Source of the DNA: an archaeon
GTDB lineage: Archaea > Iainarchaeota > Iainarchaeia > Iainarchaeales > 1-14-0-10-31-34
Reading direction: 5' to 3'
DNA length: 32,000 nt
NCBI GenBank assembly: GCA_024277355.1
Contig: JAJRVL010000001.1
Span: 60,001 to 92,000 of the forward strand
Shown here: positions 1 to 8,401 of the stretch, piece after piece
Layout: every line of letters begins with the position of its first letter
Position numbering within the stretch: position 1 is the first letter of the stretch
Translations under genes and position numbers: made by a program
Notes under the pieces: generated by a model
Told to the model about the DNA's origin: nothing
What the model saw: the letters and a program-made list of their open reading frames with translations, nothing else
Databases searched by the model: none

Positions 1-594
1 ATGGAATTATTTGCAATGATTGTATTAATTGCAGCAAAAATTTTGTTTGGATTTAATGCAGTGCTTTTAGTTATAATTGCAGCTGTTGTAGCTATTTCAG
101 CTGGAATAGCAGGAGATACTTTACAGGATTTAAAAACAGGAAATATTTTAGGAACAAAACCAAAAAATCAGTTTATAGGACAATTAATCGGAGTAGTAAT
201 TGGAGCTTTAGTTATTGGAATTGTATTAATGGCATTACAGCAGACTTATGGTTTTGGCAATGCAGATTTGCCTGCACCACAGGCAGTAGCTTTAAGTGAA
301 ATCATTAAAGCAGACAGTTTATCGGGAAATTTATTAATGGGAATTTTAATTGGAGCAGTATTAGCTTTAATTGTTTCTTTTTTTGGTTCAGCAATAATTA
401 TTGTAGCTTTTGGAATTGGAATGTATGTGCCAATTGAATTAAGTTTTCCTTTGTTTATTGGAGGATTAATCAGATTAGCTGCAGACAAAAAAAAATTAAC
501 AGAACAAGGAAGATTAATTGCAGCAGGATTAATTGCAGGAGAAGGATTTACTGGAGTTGTTTTGTCTTTAATGGGATTAGGAAAATTAATTTAG
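1..594 (+). CDS. OPT-family oligopeptide transporter, C-terminal fragment (5' end probably outside the window)
   Basis: The ORF runs from base 1. It is polytopic and hydrophobic and carries the OPT-like motif GDTLQDLKTGNILGTKPKNQFIGQLIGV. The frame is open to the window edge, so the true start probably lies upstream. Confidence 0.65.
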   Translation: MELFAMIVLIAAKILFGFNAVLLVIIAAVVAISAGIAGDTLQDLKTGNILGTKPKNQFIGQLIGVVIGALVIGIVLMALQQTYGFGNADLPAPQAVALSEIIKADSLSGNLLMGILIGAVLALIVSFFGSAIIIVAFGIGMYVPIELSFPLFIGGLIRLAADKKKLTEQGRLIAAGLIAGEGFTGVVLSLMGLGKLI

Positions 595-602
595 GTTAAA
601 AA

Positions 603-1505
603 ATGAAAACTGAAACAAAAAATAAATTAATTCTTTTTTTAAAAGGAATATTAATGGGAATATGCGATTTAATTCCTGGTATTTCAGGAGGAACAATTGC
701 ATTAATTACAGGAATTTACTCTAAAATGATTTATTCTATTTCAAATATTTCTTTTCAGTTTTTTTTTAATGGAATCAAATATTTAATTAACAGAAATCAA
801 GAAAATGAAAACAAAGTAAGAGAAGGCTTAAAAAAAATTGATTTGTTTTTCCTTGCAGTACTTGGAGCAGGAATTGCAACAGCAATAATTTTTGGTTCAA
901 AAGCAATGACTTTTTTATTAGATAATTATTTTACTTACACAATAGCTTTTTTTTCAGGGTTAATTATTGCTTCATCAAAAATCATTTATGAAAACATTGA
1001 AAACCACACTAAAAAAAATATTAGTTTTGGAATAATTGGATTTATTATTGGAGCATTATTTATTTTTCTTGTTCCGATTAATACAACTCCATCTTATATT
1101 TATTTATTTTTAGGAGGCTTTCTTGCAGTAAGCGCAATGTTTTTGCCTGGAATTTCAGGAGCATTTATTCTATTAATAATGGGTTTATATGAATTCATGG
1201 TAAAAAAAGTTTTCAATGACATTCCAGGACATTTTGATTATTTTATTGTTTCTTCTTTCGGAGCATTAATCGGAATGATTACTATTTCAAGAGTCGTAAA
1301 TTTTTTATTTAAAAAAGACAAATGCAAAACACTTTATGTTTTGCTTGGATTAGTTTTAGGAAGCTTAATTATTCCATTAAACAGAATTTACACTGAAACT
1401 GCTGAATGGAATATAATAAATTTAAGTGTATTAGTCTTTCTTTTTGTTCTTGGAATAACAATAGTTTTAACTGCAGGCAAAATAAAAAAGAAAAAAGCAA
1501 AATAA
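603..1505 (+). CDS. DUF368 family membrane protein (PopT-like polyprenyl-phosphate translocase family)
   Basis: Contains the duplicated DUF368 signature PGISGG(T/A) (GICDLIPGISGGTIALITGIY and MFLPGISGAFILLIMGLY). About 8 predicted TM segments. Starts 9 nt after the upstream gene. Confidence 0.75.
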   Translation: MKTETKNKLILFLKGILMGICDLIPGISGGTIALITGIYSKMIYSISNISFQFFFNGIKYLINRNQENENKVREGLKKIDLFFLAVLGAGIATAIIFGSKAMTFLLDNYFTYTIAFFSGLIIASSKIIYENIENHTKKNISFGIIGFIIGALFIFLVPINTTPSYIYLFLGGFLAVSAMFLPGISGAFILLIMGLYEFMVKKVFNDIPGHFDYFIVSSFGALIGMITISRVVNFLFKKDKCKTLYVLLGLVLGSLIIPLNRIYTETAEWNIINLSVLVFLFVLGITIVLTAGKIKKKKAK

Positions 1506-1569
1506 CCTGAAATACAAAAATAAAAGCATTAAAAAACATTTTCTCTCAGAATATTCTACTAATTCTTAA

Positions 1570-1598
1570 CTATTTTAAAACACTAAAATAGTTTTTTT
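1570..1598 (+). promoter_or_regulatory. 8-bp perfect inverted repeat (CTATTTTA-n6-TAAAATAG) followed by T7; candidate terminator for the DUF368 gene and/or TATA/operator region for the surface-protein gene
   Basis: The inverted repeat was read directly at 1570-1591 and the T-run at 1592-1598. A TATTTTAAAA element at 1571-1580 sits about 25 nt upstream of GGGGGT (1603-1608). Confidence 0.3.
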
Positions 1599-4500
1599 GT
1601 CCGGGGGTAATAAATTGAATCAAAAAATAATTTTGTCTTTATTTTTAATATTATTAATTTCAGCTGTTTCAGCATTAACAGTTGAAGTAACAAACCCAAA
1701 TGCTTTAACAAAAATAAATTCGTTAACAACTAATTTTGATATAACTTTTAATTTAACTTATGATGGAAATAATTCTTTAACTTCAGATATTTATTTAGAT
1801 GAAGACACAGACAACAGTACTTTTACTGAAACATTAACTACTGCTTTTTCTTCAGCAAACGGAACAAATACTTTTTCCTGGAATACAACTTCAGTTTTAG
1901 ACGGAACATACTTTATTTATGTTTTATCAACTGACGGAAACGAAACTGGAAATAATTATTCAGAAAGTTTTTTGGTTGACAAAACAAACCCAGAAGCAGT
2001 AACTGATTTAAATGCAACAGCAGGAAACAATCAGATTGAATTAACTTTTACTGCTTCAGTTTCAGCTGATGTAAAACAATACAATATTTACAGAAGTGAA
2101 ACAACAGGATTTACTCCTGACGCAGGAAACTTAATTGGAAATACTTTAACAGCAAATTACACTGATTTAACTCCTGTTTTTGGAACAACATATTATTATA
2201 TTATAAAAACAGTTGATAATGCAGATAATTTGTCAGTTGATTCAAGCGAAGTAAATTCAACTTCATTAGATGAAACTTCTCCTGTAACAACTGCAGATGG
2301 TTTTACTGATAATGCATGGGCTAATACTTCAGTTACAGTTATTTTAACTTGTGACGATGGAACTGGAAGCGGATGCAATAAAACTTATTATAGATTAGAT
2401 GACTCAAATTTTACTGAATACTCAGCTTCATTTGATATTACAGCTGACGGAAGTTATGCATTAGAATATTATTCAACAGACAATGCAGGAAATATTGAAA
2501 CAACAAACACTGCAACAATAAAAATTGATTCAGTTAATCCAACAGCACCACAAAATTTAACTGCAACTGCAAGTGATTTAACAATTAATTTATCCTGGGA
2601 CATATCAACAGATAAAAATGGTTCAGGAATAGAATATTATTACATTTTCAGAGACAGCATATTAATTGACAGGACTGCAACAAACTCTTATTCTGACACA
2701 GGATTAGACAACAATGTATTATACAATTACTATGTAATTGCATCAGATTATGCAGACAATAATTCAACTGCATCAAATGACGCTAATGCTACTGCATTAG
2801 ATACAACAGGCCCAACAGTTTCAAGCAATGCAGATAATTTATGGCATACAGGAACACAAACAATAGAATTAAAATCTAATGATTCAGATTTCAAAACAAT
2901 GTATTACAAAATAAACGGAACAGAACAGCCAAACACAAATGCTAACCCTAAATATATTGATATTATTACTGAAGGAGAAACTACACTAGAATTCTGGGCA
3001 ACAGATGACCTAAACAATGAAGGAACTCATGGAACAGCAACAATTAAAATAGATAATTCTGCTCCTAATGCACCTTCTTTAAGTTCTCCTGGAGCAAACT
3101 CTAACGGAGAAGTAAATTTAAGCTGGAGTAAACCTTCTGATAATCCTTCTTCAGCAAATTCCGGAATAAAAGGATATGAAATATGGAGAAAACTTTCTTC
3201 AGAAAACTATACATTAATTACTACAATAAATAACGGAGATACAACAAGTTACACTGATACTGGAAGAGGTTCAGGCAACACTTATTATTATCAACTAAAA
3301 GCCTTTGATAACATGAATAATTATTCAGGTTACGGCAACGAAACATCAGTTACAATGCCTTCAGATTCAACTAACACTAACACAGGAGATTCAATGCCTC
3401 CTGCAGTTTCATGGACTAAACCAAAAAACAAAGATTCAATAACAGACATAAATGTTTCACTAAAAGCATATGTTTCTGATTCAGATTCAGAATTAGTTTT
3501 CATCAGTTTTACATATAAACAAGATTCAGAAAGTGCATATCATTCAATTGAAAGTTTTAATACAAATTTAATGAATGGATATCATTCTACTGTGTGGAAT
3601 ACTGCTGAATTAGAAAACGGAACTTATCAATTAAAAGTTTTAGGAAGAGATTCTTCTGGAAATGTAGGCGATAAAGTAATTACAGTTACTTTAAACAAGG
3701 AAATTACAGGAACAGACAAAAATGAAGAAACAGAAAAAACAGAAGAACAATTACTAGCAGAAGAACAAATTAACAAAGCAAAAGAAAGCAAAACACAGGC
3801 AATAGACTTAATTAATTACTGGAAAACAATGAACATTGATTTTTCAGGAGATGAAAGAATAATCAAAGGAAATGAATTAATTATACAAGCAGAAAAAGAA
3901 TTAAAAGAAAACAAAGTGTTTAACAGCATTGACACAGCAAAAGAAGCAGAAAAAAACTTTGATGAATTTAATTCAGAAACAACAATTAAAACCATTCAGT
4001 CATTTACTTCAGAAAACCAAGAAATGAATTTAAACGGAAAAATTTCAAAGGAAAATACAGACTTAAAAAAATCAATTAATGTTTCAAGAGAAATGCAGTT
4101 AATTGAAGTAACTTATAATGGAGAAACTTATTTCCAGGAAAATTTTGTATTAAAACTAAAAAATAATTCAGAAGAAACAAAAACATTTAAAGCAGTTGAA
4201 ATAATTCCAAAAGAATTAATTGAAAACACAGATTTAATTAAAAGCAGTTATTCATTTACTGTAATTGAATCAGATCCAGTAATTGAATGGGAAATAACAT
4301 TAGAAGCAGGAGAAGAAAAAACAATAACTTATTCTTTAGACAAACAGTTAACTCAAGAAGAAGCAGACAAAATAACTGAAAAAAGCATTTTATTGTTTAA
4401 AGGAAACCCTGTTTTGGCAGGAACAAAAACAAAAATAAACAACAATTCATTAAACACAGCAACAGGATTTTTCTTGTTTGATAACATGCTTCCAATAGGT

Positions 4501-4734
4501 TTAGGGGTATTAATCATTGCAGGTTTAATTGGAGTATTCTTTTTCGTTAAAAAAAATAATATTGAATTATTTAAAGGAAAAGAAGACAACGAAGTAAGAG
4601 AAGGGCTTGCAAGTGCTTATTCACAGAACTTTAATGGAAGAAAAACTTTAAGAGAAACAGAAAAACCAAAGCAAAGAATTTCCCCTATAAGAGACGGAGA
4701 AAGCGGTGGAAGATTTTCATATAAAGGAGATTAA
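1597..4734 (+). CDS. Large cell-surface (S-layer-like) glycoprotein with FN3 and Ig-like repeats, a coiled-coil segment, a C-terminal TM anchor and a short cytoplasmic tail
   Basis: Signal peptide (IILSLFLILLISAVSA|LTVEV). Repeated FN3-like units (NLTATASDLTINLSWD...YYYVIASDYADNNS; LSWSKPSD...YYYQLKAFDNMNNYS). Repeated Ig-like units ending DNAGN...ATIKID. Very many N-x-S/T sequons. TM segment LPIGLGVLIIAGLIGVFFFV near the C-terminus. The track start is TTG 1597; TTG 1615 lies 6 nt after GGGGGT and may be the real start. Confidence 0.8.
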   Translation: MSGGNKLNQKIILSLFLILLISAVSALTVEVTNPNALTKINSLTTNFDITFNLTYDGNNSLTSDIYLDEDTDNSTFTETLTTAFSSANGTNTFSWNTTSVLDGTYFIYVLSTDGNETGNNYSESFLVDKTNPEAVTDLNATAGNNQIELTFTASVSADVKQYNIYRSETTGFTPDAGNLIGNTLTANYTDLTPVFGTTYYYIIKTVDNADNLSVDSSEVNSTSLDETSPVTTADGFTDNAWANTSVTVILTCDDGTGSGCNKTYYRLDDSNFTEYSASFDITADGSYALEYYSTDNAGNIETTNTATIKIDSVNPTAPQNLTATASDLTINLSWDISTDKNGSGIEYYYIFRDSILIDRTATNSYSDTGLDNNVLYNYYVIASDYADNNSTASNDANATALDTTGPTVSSNADNLWHTGTQTIELKSNDSDFKTMYYKINGTEQPNTNANPKYIDIITEGETTLEFWATDDLNNEGTHGTATIKIDNSAPNAPSLSSPGANSNGEVNLSWSKPSDNPSSANSGIKGYEIWRKLSSENYTLITTINNGDTTSYTDTGRGSGNTYYYQLKAFDNMNNYSGYGNETSVTMPSDSTNTNTGDSMPPAVSWTKPKNKDSITDINVSLKAYVSDSDSELVFISFTYKQDSESAYHSIESFNTNLMNGYHSTVWNTAELENGTYQLKVLGRDSSGNVGDKVITVTLNKEITGTDKNEETEKTEEQLLAEEQINKAKESKTQAIDLINYWKTMNIDFSGDERIIKGNELIIQAEKELKENKVFNSIDTAKEAEKNFDEFNSETTIKTIQSFTSENQEMNLNGKISKENTDLKKSINVSREMQLIEVTYNGETYFQENFVLKLKNNSEETKTFKAVEIIPKELIENTDLIKSSYSFTVIESDPVIEWEITLEAGEEKTITYSLDKQLTQEEADKITEKSILLFKGNPVLAGTKTKINNNSLNTATGFFLFDNMLPIGLGVLIIAGLIGVFFFVKKNNIELFKGKEDNEVREGLASAYSQNFNGRKTLRETEKPKQRISPIRDGESGGRFSYKGD

Positions 4735-4745
4735 TTCTCTTTTAT

Positions 4746-5120
4746 TTATTTTTTTTTTAAACAAGAAACAAAAAATAAGTCTACTGCGTTTTCTTTTTGT
4801 ATTTTAGGAAAAACAACATAAAAAATTTCAGGAACAATAATTTTTTGTGTTCTAATCATCCAAGCAAATAATCCAATAATAACAAGCAAAAGCAATGAAG
4901 CTAAACTTGAAGTAAAATCAATTGTAATTCCAAATAATTGGTTTTCAATTAAAACAAGTAAAGGCAGAAAAGAAATTGAAAAAACCATTGAAAAAGTTAA
5001 TCTTTCAATTACATCAATTTCGTTTTTGTCAGGAAAAAAACCTAAAGTAAGAAAATAACCCGGAACAGTAACTGTAAGAAATAAAGCAGTTAATCCAAAA
5101 ATTAATTCAAGTAACGCCAT
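4746..5120 (-). CDS. Small membrane protein, resembles the N-terminal membrane region of DUF1616-type archaeal proteins
   Basis: Three to four TM helices. N-terminus LFLTVTVPGYFLTLGFFPDKNEIDVIERLTFSMVFSISFLPLLVLIEN resembles the PGY...ER...S..P pattern of DUF1616 N-termini. This is recognition by eye only. Confidence 0.45.
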   Translation of the reverse strand: MALLELIFGLTALFLTVTVPGYFLTLGFFPDKNEIDVIERLTFSMVFSISFLPLLVLIENQLFGITIDFTSSLASLLLLVIIGLFAWMIRTQKIIVPEIFYVVFPKIQKENAVDLFFVSCLKKK

Positions 5121-5221
5121 AAAAGAAAAATAAAAGAGAAACTGTTTTTAAAAGTATTTTTAAAGAAAAAAAGATAATATTAAAAAAAACACTATGATTA
5201 ATATTAATATAAGGGATTTTA

Positions 5222-6361
5222 ATGGAAGAAATGATTACAGTTGTAGGAGCAGGACCAATAGGATTAAGAACTGCAATAAAATTAAAAGAAACCGGATGGG
5301 ATGTAACAGTATTAGAAGAACACCAAGAAATAGGTGTTCCATGCAATTGTTCAGGTTTATTAAGTGCTTCAGGATTACACCAAACAGGAATTGATTTTTC
5401 TAATATAACTGCAAATAAGATTTATGGTGCAAAAATTTTTTCTCCTGACAAAACAATGCTTGAAATAAGAAGAAAAAAACCTGTAGCAATGTTAATTGAC
5501 AGAGCAGGATTAGACAAGCAGTTAGCAAAAGAAGCAGGAAAAAAAGGAATTCAAATAAGAAAAAATACTAAAATGATTGATGTAAGAAAAGACACTGTTT
5601 TTTTGCAGCATAAAGAAAGAGGAGAAATGCTGAAAAGCCGGTTTGTTATCGGAGCAGACGGAGCAGCATCAAAAACAAGAAGATTAGTAATGCAAAAAAT
5701 TAATCCTAAAGCTTTTGTAAGAACAATTCAGGTTACAGCAAAAGGTTCATTTGAAGAAGATGTAGTTGAAGTTCATGTAGGAGATTTCTGTAAAGGATTT
5801 TTTGCTTGGGTTATACCAGAAAACAAAAATACTGCCAGAATTGGATTAGGAGTTAATGGTTCAACTAATTCAAAAGAAGCATTTAATAAATTCATTAAAG
5901 AAATGGACATTGAAATATTAAACGAAAGTTATTTTGTTATTCCAATAGGAAAACCCGTTAAAGACATACAAAAAGACAACCTGTTTTTAGTTGGCGATGC
6001 AGCTTATCAAACTAAAGCAACAACAGGCGGAGGAATAATTACAGGAAGCGTTGCATCAGATATGTTAGTTAAAACAATTTCAGATCATTTAAAACATAAA
6101 AAACCTTTAACTGATTACTGGAAAAATTTAAGTTCATTAAACAAAGAATTAGAACTGCATTGGAAAGCAAGAAATTACTTTAATTCATTAAATGAAAAAC
6201 AATTAAATTCATTATTCCATAAAATGAAAAAAGCTAAAATGGAAGAATTTTTATCTGAACATGGAGACATGGATTTTCCATCCAAATTCATGCGAAAAAT
6301 GATGTTATCTCCAAGCAAATGGGGACTTTTACCAATGGGATTAAAGTTTTTATTTTCTTAA
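5222..6361 (+). CDS. Geranylgeranyl reductase family FAD-dependent oxidoreductase
   Basis: N-terminal Rossmann motif VVGAGPIGL...VTVLEE. C-terminal FAD motif FLVGDAAYQTKATTGGGI. Length of 379 aa is typical for the family. Confidence 0.85.
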   Translation: MEEMITVVGAGPIGLRTAIKLKETGWDVTVLEEHQEIGVPCNCSGLLSASGLHQTGIDFSNITANKIYGAKIFSPDKTMLEIRRKKPVAMLIDRAGLDKQLAKEAGKKGIQIRKNTKMIDVRKDTVFLQHKERGEMLKSRFVIGADGAASKTRRLVMQKINPKAFVRTIQVTAKGSFEEDVVEVHVGDFCKGFFAWVIPENKNTARIGLGVNGSTNSKEAFNKFIKEMDIEILNESYFVIPIGKPVKDIQKDNLFLVGDAAYQTKATTGGGIITGSVASDMLVKTISDHLKHKKPLTDYWKNLSSLNKELELHWKARNYFNSLNEKQLNSLFHKMKKAKMEEFLSEHGDMDFPSKFMRKMMLSPSKWGLLPMGLKFLFS

Positions 6362-6411
6362 AACTTTTTATTTAATTAATTCGTTGAATAGCAAAATATT
6401 TTCTGTTTGTG

Positions 6412-7104
6412 TTATTCAGCGCTTTTCCTTCCTGATTTTGAGTATGCTTTCCATGTGTAAACTGCAGTTATTAAAAGTATCAAAAATAATAAAATCACAA
6501 AGTATTGGATTAAAGAAAAATCTATTGGCGGTTCAAGATTTAAGTCAACTATTCCTTCAATTTCTTTTTGATTTGTTTGTTCTTTTGGATTGTATGTATC
6601 TGCAATAGTTTTTGTTTCAGGTTCTTTTTGATTTTGTTTGTTAACATGCACAAAATTCAAATCTGAAGTTAAAGAATGTTCTTCCAACTCATCAGCAGTA
6701 TACGGCAATCTTAGGTCGCCTTTTGCATTGCCAGTGTATTGCGTAACCGCAATGAATTTATCTTCTCTGCCATCTTTGTATATAAAATGTGAAAATACAA
6801 AACAGAATCCAGATTCTCCTCCATAAATCAAACGATGTATTGCAAGAAAGTCAAGAGCTTTATATTTTTCAGAAGTATAATCTACAGTAAAAAGAGTTCC
6901 ATATTCACATTGTTTTTTGGCCTGATCAAAACAAGCAACATCATCATTGCATAATTTTTTTACTTCAGGCAAACCAGTATCTTCAAGAGATGTATAAGCA
7001 ACCTGCATGCAATCCATGTTTTCACAGGCAAAATTGATACTTTGAAATGAATAGACATTCATTAAAAACAGAAAAATCAATAAAACTAAAACTAATTTTT
7101 TCAT
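6412..7104 (-). CDS. Secreted Cys-rich protein with C-terminal TM anchor, function unknown
   Basis: Signal peptide MKKLVLVLLIFLFLMNVYS. Eight Cys in the first ~70 mature residues. C-terminal TM segment YFVILLFLILLITAVYTW followed by a basic tail. Confidence 0.6.
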   Translation of the reverse strand: MKKLVLVLLIFLFLMNVYSFQSINFACENMDCMQVAYTSLEDTGLPEVKKLCNDDVACFDQAKKQCEYGTLFTVDYTSEKYKALDFLAIHRLIYGGESGFCFVFSHFIYKDGREDKFIAVTQYTGNAKGDLRLPYTADELEEHSLTSDLNFVHVNKQNQKEPETKTIADTYNPKEQTNQKEIEGIVDLNLEPPIDFSLIQYFVILLFLILLITAVYTWKAYSKSGRKSAE

Positions 7105-7171
7105 ATAATTAAATAATAGGAAAACCAGCTATTTAATTCTTTTTAATCTGATTTTATTATTTATATTATAA

Positions 7172-7255
7172 AGGAATGCTGACACATTTGTGCATTACAT
7201 AAAGTGATGCTAACTCGGTTTATGGCATACACTGGTGTCAAGCTGACAGCAGTAA
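7172..7255. ncRNA. Candidate small structured RNA (family and strand unresolved)
   Basis: A local GC-rich island sits in very AT-rich intergenic DNA. On the + strand, GCTGACAC (7178-7185) pairs with GGTGTCA-AGC (7234-7243). An inner 7-bp hairpin is GCATTAC-ATAAA-GTGATGC (7192-7210). GCTGACA occurs as a direct repeat at 7178 and 7242. An ACA lies 3 nt after the outer stem. Confidence 0.2.
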
Positions 7256-7264
7256 TTGAAAAAT

Positions 7265-7373
7265 TAGCCCCGAGGAGATTCGAACTCCTGTCACGAGGTC
7301 CAGAACCTCGCATCCTTTCGACAAAAAATAAATCAAAATAACTTACTTCTTTTGGCCGCTGGACGACGGGGCT
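7265..7373 (-). tRNA. tRNA-Gln (anticodon CUG) with a 36-nt intron in the D-loop (about position 21/22); no encoded CCA
   Basis: Manual cloverleaf. Acceptor AGCCCCG/CGGGGCT with discriminator A. D-stem GTCC/GGAT with loop AGCGGCCAA. Anticodon arm CGAGG-TTCTGGA-CCTCG. T-arm AGGAG-TTCGAAT-CTCCT. An AT-rich 36-nt insert (7316-7351) lies between D-loop AGCGGCCAA and the 3' D-stem strand. Confidence 0.85.
7316..7351 (-). other. Non-canonical tRNA intron (D-loop), boundaries ambiguous by 1-3 nt because of flanking A runs
   Basis: Removing AAGAAGTAAGTTATTTTGATTTATTTTTTGTCGAAA restores a canonical 73-nt archaeal tRNA-Gln. I could not identify a clean bulge-helix-bulge motif by eye. Confidence 0.6.
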
Positions 7374-7378
7374 ATACC

Positions 7379-8332
7379 TTAAGGCTGTATAAATAAGGCT
7401 TCACAGATTTTATAAAGTTTTTTCTTTTTTTCTTGGTGACTAAAACCAATTTTTTCTGAAAATCTTAGAATACTGCCTCGCATTATTCTTACAGTAAACA
7501 ACATTTTGTATTTTTCATTCTTTAACCATTTGCTTTTCTTTGAAACAATTCCAAATTCCAGCAACCAAAAGATTACTTGATTAACAATTTTTTCACTTGT
7601 ACTAGAAAAACTAATTGTTTTGCTTTTTATTATAACTGTTCCATCAGAATCAAATAAACCTTTCAGACAAGAAGCAATTAAATCCTGATTTTTAGTTTCT
7701 GTTATTATTTCAGGGATTTCAATTTTATCGGCTTTATATCCATTATGCAAACAAAAAAAACTTCTTAGAAACCAGTGAACTGCTTTTGAAGCAAAATACG
7801 CACAAAAACAAGTTTTCTTTTGAACATAAATTTTAACTTTCACTTTAAAAATATCTTCAATAATTCTTTTGTAGATTTCAAGATGATTCATTTTATCAAA
7901 ATAAACAGAAACTCCCCAGTTGCCTGTTTTATTCGAATTATTCCCAGCTAAAGAACCATCTCCTAAAAGCAGTCCAATAACATAAGATAATTCTGAAGTT
8001 AATTTTTCAGGAAATTTTATTGTGTGACTTGAATACTGGCATTTCAAATAAATTTGTTTTGAGTTAATTTCTTTAGTTAACTCTTGTTCTAGATTTATAT
8101 CAATTAAAAAAAGTAATTCATTTAATTTTGATAAAGGAATTGGTTTTCTTCCTAAATGCCATTCTTTTAAACGGGATTTTTTTACATTCATTAGTTTTGA
8201 AGCTTTTGCTGGTCCATCTAAATTCCAGACTGCTTTGTTTACTTGTTCCTTAATATTCCAAACACAAACTTTTTCAGACAACCAATTATCTTTTACATTA
8301 AATAAACTGAAATCTAAGTTTTCATAAGACAT
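7379..8332 (-). CDS. Free-standing double-motif LAGLIDADG homing endonuclease with an N-terminal HTH-like region
   Basis: Two LAGLIDADG motifs (SYVIGLLLGDGSLAG and LKGLFDSDGTVII). The N-terminal ~100 aa contains an HTH-like stretch (ASKLMNVKKSRLKEWHLGRKPIPLSKLNELL). It is not embedded in a host ORF (no intein context) or in an rRNA. Confidence 0.85.
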   Translation of the reverse strand: MSYENLDFSLFNVKDNWLSEKVCVWNIKEQVNKAVWNLDGPAKASKLMNVKKSRLKEWHLGRKPIPLSKLNELLFLIDINLEQELTKEINSKQIYLKCQYSSHTIKFPEKLTSELSYVIGLLLGDGSLAGNNSNKTGNWGVSVYFDKMNHLEIYKRIIEDIFKVKVKIYVQKKTCFCAYFASKAVHWFLRSFFCLHNGYKADKIEIPEIITETKNQDLIASCLKGLFDSDGTVIIKSKTISFSSTSEKIVNQVIFWLLEFGIVSKKSKWLKNEKYKMLFTVRIMRGSILRFSEKIGFSHQEKKKKLYKICEALFIQP

Positions 8333-8401
8333 TATAAAATTTGATTTTTGTTTTTTAAAAAAGTTTTTAGAGCAGACTGCCGATAATTTTAGACTTAAAA
8401 A

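Noticed and set aside
5107-5394. Two short ORFs (79 aa minus, 66 aa plus) overlapping the start of the geranylgeranyl reductase gene
   Set aside because: The reductase frame carries the GxGxxG motif exactly here. The alternatives have odd Cys/Arg/Asn composition and no support.
6384-6826. Plus-strand ORFs of 74 and 62 aa antisense to the 230-aa secreted protein gene
   Set aside because: The minus-strand ORF has a signal peptide and a TM anchor and spans the whole region. The plus-strand ORFs are short out-of-context shadows.
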